Source: Candidatus Saccharimonas aalborgensis (lineage in GTDB: Bacteria > Patescibacteriota > Saccharimonadia > Saccharimonadales > Saccharimonadaceae). From it: a stretch of 32,000 nt of DNA. A program made the translations under genes and the position numbers. Below the pieces are notes generated by a model that had not been told where the DNA came from, searched no databases, and saw only the letters and a list, made by a program, of their open reading frames with translations. Below are positions 1 through 6,781 of the stretch, piece after piece. How positions within the stretch are numbered: position 1 is the first letter of the stretch; each line of letters starts with the position of its first letter. The stretch spans positions 420,001-452,000 of the forward strand of contig NC_021219.1 in assembly GCF_000392435.1 (NCBI RefSeq), read 5' to 3'.

Positions 1-2
1 CC

Positions 3-224
3 AGAGCACCATTTCATATTTACTACGAAGGCTCTGCCTTTAGCGTGAGTGCAAAAAACCGCGTTGGTCCCTTTGATATATTGCCCGGACACGCCGATTT
101 TTTTAGCATACTTGTCCCCTGTACGATCACCATTGATACGGGCACCGAGCAGCTTTCATTTGAGATCTATAGCGGCATGCTGACAGTTCGAAGCGACCAA
201 GTCCTCCTGTTCGTCAACATGTAG
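3..224 (+). CDS. atpC: 3' end of an ATP synthase F1 epsilon-subunit-like gene (partial; 5' end lies outside the window)
   Basis: Frame 3 is open from the window edge to TAG at 222-224. It translates to ...HIYYEGSAFSVSAKNRVGPFDILPGHADFFSILVPCTITIDTGTEQLSFEIYSGMLTVRSDQVLLFVNM. The G-x-F-x-I-L-P-G-H-A core and the following strand pattern (I.I....E.F.I.SG.L.V....V.L) line up with the N-terminal beta-sandwich of characterised epsilon subunits. This was recognised from memory. The ORF is absent from the supplied track because no start codon is inside the window. Confidence 0.5.
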   Translation, partial: RAPFHIYYEGSAFSVSAKNRVGPFDILPGHADFFSILVPCTITIDTGTEQLSFEIYSGMLTVRSDQVLLFVNM

Positions 225-225
225 G

Positions 226-1239
226 CTACTGTGTCACGACGTAATCAAAGGCAAACCCGCCCGGAGGCAAGGCTTCTGCCGTGCTAATCGAAAAACCGTT
301 TGAGGTACGGTTGATATAAAACCCATTGACCGCACGACCAACTGGGCTCACTACAACGTGAGGGGTGGTGGCATATTTAGTTTGAAAGCTAAGATTCACC
401 AGCGTTCCCCCGCCTGCATTTATCCCGGTGTTGATCGCAATAGTACCAGAGGTGTCATTGCCGCTAATCGAGACTGTCCCGTTACTGCCCGCCCCTGCCC
501 CTGCACTCACCGACGGTGCTGCTCCGGTGGTTATCAAGTGTCCAGCAACGGTCAGCGTATTGACCTGAAAGTTGCGCACCGATAGCGCCCCACCGATAGC
601 CAAACTGCCGACCACATTTACGTTATTGTTGACCGTTACCAACTGGTCGACAGTCAACTGGCCCTGAATCCGGGTTGTGCCGGCAACAGCGAGCTCCTTT
701 TGTAATTTGAGTGAGATCATGGTGCCGTCACCATTGACGCTCAGCTGTGAGGCAGCTACCGTACCGGCCTGAATCTTCGATAGGTTGGCCGCCGATGCCG
801 TCAGCGTATTGTTTAAGTTGAGCTGCCCTGACATACTGACATCACCCGCCACAGCAACCTTGCCATTGAACTTGGTATTTGGTCCGATCGTCAGGATGGT
901 CTCTGCACCACCACTTGGATTACGATCGACACCAAGTTTATTCAGCGCGTCCAGATTTACCGTGACGTTTTGCTGTGCCGCAGATACTGCATCAGCTTGA
1001 CCTTTCATCAGAAAGGCGATAACGACCGCATTCAAGATCAAGATAACCGCCACGACAGTGAGGCCGATGAAGGTTGCTTTGTGACTTGGCCGATACATAC
1101 TCCGACGCGGCGCAGGATCGGTACTAACCGCAGGTGCAGCCGATACCTGTGTATCGACGGTTGCATCAAGAGAGGAAGTCTGAACGGTCAAAACTTCGGG
1201 GCGCGGCGCGCTCGTTCCCTCTTTTTGGTCTTCGGTCAT
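226..1239 (-). CDS. Membrane-anchored surface protein: N-terminal TM helix, repetitive beta-helix-like region, conserved C-terminal beta domain. Function unknown.
   Basis: 337-aa ORF starting with ATG. An AGGGGA Shine-Dalgarno-like box lies about 6 nt upstream on the minus strand. One hydrophobic helix is present (FIGLTVVAVILILNAVVIAFLM). It is followed by a long Asn/Val/Thr/Gly-rich repetitive segment (..VAVAGDVSMSGQLNLNNTLTA.., ..VNNNVNVVGSLAIGGALSV..) typical of beta-helical fibre or adhesin proteins. The antisense ORFs at 358-585 and 785-1000 look spurious. Confidence 0.8.
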   Translation of the reverse strand: MTEDQKEGTSAPRPEVLTVQTSSLDATVDTQVSAAPAVSTDPAPRRSMYRPSHKATFIGLTVVAVILILNAVVIAFLMKGQADAVSAAQQNVTVNLDALNKLGVDRNPSGGAETILTIGPNTKFNGKVAVAGDVSMSGQLNLNNTLTASAANLSKIQAGTVAASQLSVNGDGTMISLKLQKELAVAGTTRIQGQLTVDQLVTVNNNVNVVGSLAIGGALSVRNFQVNTLTVAGHLITTGAAPSVSAGAGAGSNGTVSISGNDTSGTIAINTGINAGGGTLVNLSFQTKYATTPHVVVSPVGRAVNGFYINRTSNGFSISTAEALPPGGFAFDYVVTQ

Positions 1240-1350
1240 CAGGAGTCCCCTAGTATCATTATCTCTGTTTTTCCACCATTATCTATCCACCAGTATAGCC
1301 TTTTCAGGAGTAACTTGCAAAATACTCATGCTTCAGAAACAATAGACACT

Positions 1351-2094
1351 ATGGTAGGACGAATTAACGGCTACGGAGTGTTGGGGCTAGTTGTTGGCTG
1401 TGTGCTTCTTTGTTCTAACTATGTCTCCGCTGAGACACTACAGTCGAACAATTATCGCTTCGATGAATCAACACTCGGAGCAGGCGGACTCAACCAGTCG
1501 ACCTCAAATAGCTACGCCGGCTCGGGTGCCTACGGTGATATTGGTGTAGGAGAGTCTGCATCCAACAATTATCAGATACGAGTCGGAACACCGACGACTC
1601 CTGATCCTACCCTTACTATCGAACTACTCTCGACAAATGCTAACTTTGGCGTTCTCTCGCCTACCAGTGCTGCAACAGCGACAGCGTCATTTTCGGTGAT
1701 TAACTACACAAGCTATGGTTACGCGGTACAGCTGACTGGCAGTGCGCCGACAAATGGCGCTCACTCGATAAGCGCGATGGGTACCACGACTGTTTCACAG
1801 CCTGGCATTGAGCAGTTTGGTGTCAATCTTGTTGCCAATACCTCTCCCGTATCTTTCGGTGCAAACCCAGATAATGGCCAGTTCGGCTACGGTCAAGTTG
1901 GTACGGGAGCCGGTGATACCACGTACTCTACCCCTAATCAATTTCACTACGCCAGTGGTGATATCATCGCCAGTGCCCCCAAAAGTTCTGGCAAAACTAT
2001 CTATACCCTGAGCTACTTACTGAACGTTGCTGGTATTACGCCAGGTGGCCAGTACGCCAGCAACCAGACAATTATCGTCACCGGAACCTACTAA
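1351..2094 (+). CDS. Secreted small beta-rich protein carrying the WxL/SCPU-like module shared with the two downstream paralogues
   Basis: In-frame ATG at 1351 gives a signal-peptide-like N-terminus (MVGRINGYGVLGLVVGCVLLCSNYVSA/ETL). The track ORF from 970 would overlap the divergent gene 226-1239. The body aligns by eye with the C-terminal halves of the 2179 and 3463 proteins: NFGVL.., GYAVQLTG, IEQFGVNLVANT versus SQFGLNLRANT and SEFGMNLKLNT. The C-termini also match: GGQYASNQTIIVTGTY versus AGTYSTTLTYICTPTY. Confidence 0.8.
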   Translation: MVGRINGYGVLGLVVGCVLLCSNYVSAETLQSNNYRFDESTLGAGGLNQSTSNSYAGSGAYGDIGVGESASNNYQIRVGTPTTPDPTLTIELLSTNANFGVLSPTSAATATASFSVINYTSYGYAVQLTGSAPTNGAHSISAMGTTTVSQPGIEQFGVNLVANTSPVSFGANPDNGQFGYGQVGTGAGDTTYSTPNQFHYASGDIIASAPKSSGKTIYTLSYLLNVAGITPGGQYASNQTIIVTGTY

Positions 2095-2110
2095 AAGTCC
2101 TAAAAAGTTG

Positions 2111-2139
2111 TTGACATGCTATCTTGCTCATGCTATTAT
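2111..2139 (+). promoter_or_regulatory. Sigma70-type promoter upstream of the 2179 gene
   Basis: TTGACA (2111-2116), a 17-nt spacer, then TATTAT (2134-2139). It lies in the 84-nt gap after the 1351-2094 stop codon. The predicted leader is about 33 nt and A-rich (accaccataaaacaaaaaaatcaccaca ATG). Confidence 0.6.
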
Positions 2140-2178
2140 CTCTTGTAGAAACCACCATAAAACAAAAAAATCACCACA

Positions 2179-3348
2179 ATGAAAAAACAACTCACCACCA
2201 CACTACCACGCGCCTTAGGCGTGTTTATGCTTGTCGCGGCTTTTGTCGTACAAGCAGCTTTCCTACCAACTAACTCTGCCTACGCTTCGCAGATTACGAC
2301 GCGTACACTCACATTACTTGCTGGGGATAACAACACCCTCGGCATCAACGGTGGTTCTTTGCCTGGTCGCCTTGTACGCCATAAGTTCACCTTTACGCTA
2401 CCTACTGCGGCGAGCATCGGTGCGGTCCAATTCCAATACTGTACCACCGCCGCTGACGTTGGTGCAGCCACGTGCGTCCCTCCTACAGGACTCGACACGA
2501 CGACCGGTACTCTCGACGGAGCGACCGTCGGACTGACCGGACTCACTGTCGTACATGATTCGGCAAACGTCTTTCACGTTACCCGTGCACCAGGGGCGAC
2601 GCAGGCCCTCGCGGCAAACACTGCTGTCACCATTCAGCTCAATAACATCACTAACCCTACTGACATCAACAAAACCTTCTTTGTGCGTATTGCTAGCTTT
2701 GGCACCTTCGACGCAACTGGCGCGTCAACCGACAAGGGAACTGTGGCCGCCAGTACGACAAATGCCATCGATCTATCTGGAGTTATGCCCGAATCACTCG
2801 TCTTTTGTACGGGCAAGACAATTGGTCTCACCGCCGGTGTGCCGGATTGTACCACGGCCGATCTCAACGCAATTACCTTTAACCAGCTCTTTTCTCCTGT
2901 CGATACTGCCTCTGCAACATCACAGATGGCAGCCAGTACAAACGCAGGTTCTGGGTACAGTATTACTGTCAATGGCCCGACTCTAACCAGCGGTAGCAAC
3001 ACTATCCTCCCTATGAATGTGGCTGCTACTAGTACGCACGGAGTCAGCCAATTTGGTCTCAACCTACGTGCCAACACGACAACAACCCCTGGTCTTCCAT
3101 TTGGAACCGATGTCGCTCCAGTGTCCAATACAACCAACTACCGAGCAAAACCACTTGCGGGCTACGATACTGCAGAAACCTTCAAATACATTGATGGCGA
3201 CCCGGTTGCCGACAGTTCCGACGGCGGCACCCTTGGTGCCACCGATGCCCAAATTTACACCGTCAGTTACATCGCGAACGTGCCAGGTAGCCAGCCCGCC
3301 GGAACCTACTCTACTACCCTTACCTATATTTGTACTCCGACCTACTAG
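2179..3348 (+). CDS. Secreted two-domain surface protein, paralogue A (N-terminal Ig-like domain plus WxL/SCPU-like C-terminal domain)
   Basis: 389-aa ORF with a signal peptide (..FMLVAAFVVQAAFLPTNSAYA/SQ). It shares long identical blocks with the 3463 protein: GVMPESLVFCTG, FNQLFSP.DTA.ATSQMAASTNA, GYSITVNGPTLTSGSNTI, TLTYICT.TY. It is Thr/Ala/Gly-rich and has no TM helix after the signal peptide. Confidence 0.9.
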   Translation: MKKQLTTTLPRALGVFMLVAAFVVQAAFLPTNSAYASQITTRTLTLLAGDNNTLGINGGSLPGRLVRHKFTFTLPTAASIGAVQFQYCTTAADVGAATCVPPTGLDTTTGTLDGATVGLTGLTVVHDSANVFHVTRAPGATQALAANTAVTIQLNNITNPTDINKTFFVRIASFGTFDATGASTDKGTVAASTTNAIDLSGVMPESLVFCTGKTIGLTAGVPDCTTADLNAITFNQLFSPVDTASATSQMAASTNAGSGYSITVNGPTLTSGSNTILPMNVAATSTHGVSQFGLNLRANTTTTPGLPFGTDVAPVSNTTNYRAKPLAGYDTAETFKYIDGDPVADSSDGGTLGATDAQIYTVSYIANVPGSQPAGTYSTTLTYICTPTY

Positions 3349-3370
3349 TCCACCACGTGGCAGCTAGCCC

Positions 3371-3399
3371 ATACCGCGCTACGGTGATTTGCGCGGTAT
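3371..3399 (+). terminator. Hairpin after the 2179-3348 gene (possible weak intrinsic terminator)
   Basis: Perfect 9-bp inverted repeat: ATACCGCGC (3371-3379) and GCGCGGTAT (3391-3399) with an 11-nt loop. The trailing sequence is ttgctagtt. The U-tract is poor, so the function is uncertain. Confidence 0.35.
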
Positions 3400-3425
3400 T
3401 GCTAGTTATCCACACGCCGTTAGTG

Positions 3426-3455
3426 TTGACCACTTGTTTACGCTTATGATACAGT
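3426..3455 (+). promoter_or_regulatory. Promoter with an extended -10 box placed immediately before the 3463 ATG (predicts a leaderless mRNA)
   Basis: TTGACC (3426-3431), an 18-nt spacer, then TGa-TACAGT (3447-3455). Only 7 nt (atttcat) separate the -10 box from ATG 3463, and no Shine-Dalgarno sequence is present. Confidence 0.5.
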
Positions 3456-3462
3456 ATTTCAT

Positions 3463-4563
3463 ATGAGAAGTGTGAGGGGAAAACTTTATCTTTTGTGTGC
3501 ACTCTTGGTGTTCGCAAGTATTGCTTCTGTCTACCGGGCGCCGACTGCTAATGCCGCTCAGATTACCGTCCGCAGTCTTCAGCTTATAGGGGTAGGTACT
3601 ACCGGTGGATCACTTGCTGGTGGCACTGTTAACCACAAGTTTGCATTCACCATCCCCGGTGGTAACACTGTTGGTTCAATTAAGTTTGAATATTGTACGG
3701 TTGCGCAAGTCACAGCCTGTGTCATGCCCACCGGCCTCGTTACCACAGGAGCAACCTACGGTGGTGAAACAGGTGTGACTGGGTTTTCACTAGTGAATAC
3801 CACCAACGGTGCCCCGTATATTACCCGTACTGCTGCTGCCGTGGGAACGAACGTCGCCGCTACGTATACCCTCAATAGTGTTGTCAACCCTACCGCTGTT
3901 AATACAACGTTTTTTGTCCGTATTTCTACCTACACCTCAACCAATGCAACCGGTTCACCGCTCGATACTGGTAGTGTTGCGGCCAGCACAGCAAACCCCA
4001 TCGTTCTCCAGGGCGTGATGCCTGAGAGTCTTGTCTTTTGCACGGGTGCGACCGTCACTGTCGACTGTGTCACTGTTACCAACCCCACGATCAATTTCAA
4101 CCAGCTCTTTAGCCCAACTGATACCGCTACCGCCACGTCGCAAATGGCGGCCAGCACAAATGCCACCACTGGCTACTCGATCACTGTCAACGGTCCAACC
4201 CTCACCTCTGGGTCAAACACGATACCTGGTATGACTACAGCTGCTGGAATAACAAGAGGAAAAAGTGAGTTTGGTATGAACCTTAAACTCAACACTACCG
4301 CAACTTCAACAGTAGCCGTTGGTGCTGAGGTTACTCCTACTCCTGATGGGACAGATCTGCGTGGCCAGGCACAGACTGGCTACAACACCGTTGATCAGTT
4401 CAAATTTGTCACCGGGGAAACGGTTGCAGCGAGTAACAACGGTGGCGCCGGTCCAACAAATGCCCAGCTATACACCGTTTCATACATTGTCGATGTCGCT
4501 GGTAACCAGCTATCGGGCACTTATACCACCACATTAACCTATATTTGTACCGCTACTTACTAA
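3463..4563 (+). CDS. Secreted two-domain surface protein, paralogue B (tandem duplicate of the 2179-3348 gene)
   Basis: 366-aa ORF with a signal peptide (..LLVFASIASVYRAPTANA/AQ). It has the same domain order and the same conserved blocks and cysteines as paralogue A: FEYCT..TAC, LVFCTG....DC, TLTYICTATY. Confidence 0.9.
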   Translation: MRSVRGKLYLLCALLVFASIASVYRAPTANAAQITVRSLQLIGVGTTGGSLAGGTVNHKFAFTIPGGNTVGSIKFEYCTVAQVTACVMPTGLVTTGATYGGETGVTGFSLVNTTNGAPYITRTAAAVGTNVAATYTLNSVVNPTAVNTTFFVRISTYTSTNATGSPLDTGSVAASTANPIVLQGVMPESLVFCTGATVTVDCVTVTNPTINFNQLFSPTDTATATSQMAASTNATTGYSITVNGPTLTSGSNTIPGMTTAAGITRGKSEFGMNLKLNTTATSTVAVGAEVTPTPDGTDLRGQAQTGYNTVDQFKFVTGETVAASNNGGAGPTNAQLYTVSYIVDVAGNQLSGTYTTTLTYICTATY

Positions 4564-4567
4564 GCTT

Positions 4568-5566
4568 ATGAAACGATTTCTTGCCATCACACTCACCGTC
4601 ATCTGCCTCGTCGTTGCCACAGCGTTCTTTGTATTGCCACGCACCGCAAACGCCGCTCCCAATGATGGTGGTCAGGCGCTGGAAATCGCACCGCCAGTTC
4701 TTAATCTCACGGCAAATCCAGGTGATGTCATCAATGCACAGATTGCCATCAGGGACGTCTCGCCACTTCCACTGATTGTTTCGAGCCAGGTAAACGATTT
4801 TATAGCTGATCCGAATAGTGAGAACGGAAATCCGAAAACACTTGTCGATACTACTGAAAAAAGTCCTTACTCGATTATCGACTGGGTGTCACCGCTTCCC
4901 CAAATGACACTAAAGTCAAAGCAAATCGAAAACCTCCCCATCAAGATAACGGTACCAAAAAACGCAGCTCCTGGAGGCTACTACGGTACGATCCGATTTA
5001 CCGTCAGCCCACCAGATATGAAAGAAACTGGAGTATCGCTAAGTGCGAGTTTAGGGGCGCTCATCATGATCCGCGTCAACGGCGATGCAAATGAGAAACT
5101 GTCGCTCCAAGAGTTTTATGTTAGTAAGACTGGTGAAAAAGGCTCAATATTTGACTCTGTCCCTCTACAATTTACTGAGCGAATCAAAAATGAGGGGAAT
5201 GTCTTTGAGCAACCACGAGGCAATATCATCATCAAGGATATGTTCGGAAATATCACTGCAAATGTCAATGTCAATCTTGAGAATCGAAATGTGCTCCCCA
5301 ACTCAACCAGACGCTTTGAGCAGCCATTTGATGAGTCTGCCCTCGGGAACCGATTTATGTTCGGTTACTATACTGCAGAGTTAACTCTTAGCTACGGAAA
5401 GAACCAGACCCTCACCTCACGATTGTCATTTTGGATCATCCCGTGGAAACTCATCCTTGGTATACTCATCCTACTCGCTGTACTTATCTTTGTAGGACGT
5501 ATCATGATCAAACGATACAATGAACGCCTACTCGGCAAGTCACGTAGCCGCTCTCGACGACGCTAA
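4568..5566 (+). CDS. DUF916/DUF3324-like (WxL-interacting-protein-like) cell-surface protein with a C-terminal membrane anchor
   Basis: 332-aa ORF starting 4 nt after the previous stop codon. It has a signal peptide (..FFVLPRTANA/AP) followed by two Ig-like halves. Motifs include LEIAPPVLNLTANPGDVINAQIAIRDVS..., ...ITVPKNAAPGGYYGTIRF, and ...IKNEGNVFEQPRGNIIIKDMFGN....VLPNSTRRFEQP....GYYTAELTL. A C-terminal TM helix (WKLILGILILLAVLIFVG) and a basic tail (KSRSRSRRR) follow. This architecture and motif pattern match my memory of Firmicute DUF916+DUF3324 proteins encoded next to WxL genes. Confidence 0.65.
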   Translation: MKRFLAITLTVICLVVATAFFVLPRTANAAPNDGGQALEIAPPVLNLTANPGDVINAQIAIRDVSPLPLIVSSQVNDFIADPNSENGNPKTLVDTTEKSPYSIIDWVSPLPQMTLKSKQIENLPIKITVPKNAAPGGYYGTIRFTVSPPDMKETGVSLSASLGALIMIRVNGDANEKLSLQEFYVSKTGEKGSIFDSVPLQFTERIKNEGNVFEQPRGNIIIKDMFGNITANVNVNLENRNVLPNSTRRFEQPFDESALGNRFMFGYYTAELTLSYGKNQTLTSRLSFWIIPWKLILGILILLAVLIFVGRIMIKRYNERLLGKSRSRSRRR

Positions 5567-5590
5567 GCACTAGCGGTATGTATGAAATGA

Positions 5591-5599
5591 TGCTACAGT
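5591..5599 (+). promoter_or_regulatory. Extended -10 box immediately upstream of the 5606 ATG
   Basis: TGc-TACAGT (5591-5599), then 6 nt (atagct), then ATG 5606. This is the same TGnTACAGT box as at 3447-3455. No convincing -35 element is present. Confidence 0.4.
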
Positions 5600-5605
5600 A
5601 TAGCT

Positions 5606-6568
5606 ATGCCTGCATGGGTAAAGATTAGTGAACATAAACACACCGGTAAACTACGCTCCCACGAACACACCTCGTACGTGTTCTTAGGTATGTTGCTTTT
5701 TGTGGTAGGCTTTGCTCTCACTTCGTTTACGAGTTATGCCTACGTGGGACGCGGACCAGGCGCTGGTTCGGTTGGTATGAGTGGTGTCGTCGCGGGCAAA
5801 CCGCCGACATCGGCCGCACACATTACCTCGCCTACCGACGGACAGCATTTTAGTACGACACCGATCACCGTCAAGGGTACTTGTCCGACCGATAGTCTGG
5901 TAGAGATTTTCAAAAATGACATTTTCGCTGGTTCAACTCCCTGTACTACTGACGGCAGCTTTAGTCTGGAGTCAGACCTCTTGATCGGTGCAAATGTTGT
6001 GTATGCAAAGGTCTATGATGCTCTCAACCAAGCGGGGCCTGATTCAAATAAAATTACCGTCTGGTACGATGTACTCGGTATACAAGGTGGAATATTGACC
6101 TCACTCAACTTTGGCGGTAACCAGCTACTCATCAATACTGATGCAATTTTTCGAGGAACATTTCCCAATCAGGAAATGACAATGCCCATCGATATTATCG
6201 GAGGACGCGCACCATATGCAGTAAATATCCAGTGGGGAGATGGTACGAATAAGGTTGTTTCTCGCACCGACAATCAAACATTTCGGGTTGGTCACGTATA
6301 CGAAAAGGCTGGTACCTATCAGCTTTCACTTCAGGCCACCGATGCCGACGGCCGTGTCGCATTTTTGACGGTCGCTTCAATCGTAAACGGTCAGCCTCCT
6401 GTCGCCGAAACCACGACACCCTCAAAATCTGTGACAGATAACCTGTTATTATTGTGGCCGCTGTACGCCGCTACCTTTGCTGTTGTCATCAGTTTTTGGA
6501 TCGGTGAATGGCGAGAAAAAAGGATGCTCGCCAAGCACCATTTGCTGATTCTTGATCAAAACGTCTAG
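5606..6568 (+). CDS. Membrane protein with hydrophobic helices at both ends and extracellular Ig-like and PKD-like domains
   Basis: 320-aa ORF. It has a His-rich N-terminus (SEHKHTGKLRSHEHTSY) followed by a TM helix (VFLGMLLFVVGFALTSF). An Ig-like segment follows (ITSPTDGQHFSTTPITVKGTCP...). A PKD-type signature is present: IQWGDGTNKV....VGHVYEKAGTYQLSLQATDADG. A C-terminal TM helix closes the protein (LLLLWPLYAATFAVVISFWIG). Confidence 0.8.
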   Translation: MPAWVKISEHKHTGKLRSHEHTSYVFLGMLLFVVGFALTSFTSYAYVGRGPGAGSVGMSGVVAGKPPTSAAHITSPTDGQHFSTTPITVKGTCPTDSLVEIFKNDIFAGSTPCTTDGSFSLESDLLIGANVVYAKVYDALNQAGPDSNKITVWYDVLGIQGGILTSLNFGGNQLLINTDAIFRGTFPNQEMTMPIDIIGGRAPYAVNIQWGDGTNKVVSRTDNQTFRVGHVYEKAGTYQLSLQATDADGRVAFLTVASIVNGQPPVAETTTPSKSVTDNLLLLWPLYAATFAVVISFWIGEWREKRMLAKHHLLILDQNV

Positions 6569-6583
6569 CGTGATAAATGCCTC

Positions 6584-6612
6584 TTGCATTTATTAGCATA
6601 AGCGTGTATCAT
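6584..6612 (+). promoter_or_regulatory. Candidate promoter for the 6782 giant gene, giving a long leader of about 160 nt
   Basis: TTGCAT (6584-6589), a 17-nt spacer, then TATCAT (6607-6612) preceded by TG (6605-6606). It lies in the 213-nt intergenic region. Confidence 0.45.
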
Positions 6613-6781
6613 AGGGTTGTAAAACCTATGTGTGAGACAAAAACGGCTTTACAGCACTAAAACAAAATAACAGCGTTTTCTAATAAAAAACCACCCAGCA
6701 CCTTCAAGGTACCTCTTTTGCTTTGATGGCGTATTCTCACTAGGCTACAAAAACAAAAGTCCACCAGGTCAAAAAACAAAC

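Noticed and set aside
970-1350. N-terminal 127-codon extension of track ORF 970-2094
   Set aside because: It overlaps the well-supported divergent gene 226-1239 on the opposite strand and has no protein-like features. The in-frame ATG at 1351 yields a clean signal peptide.
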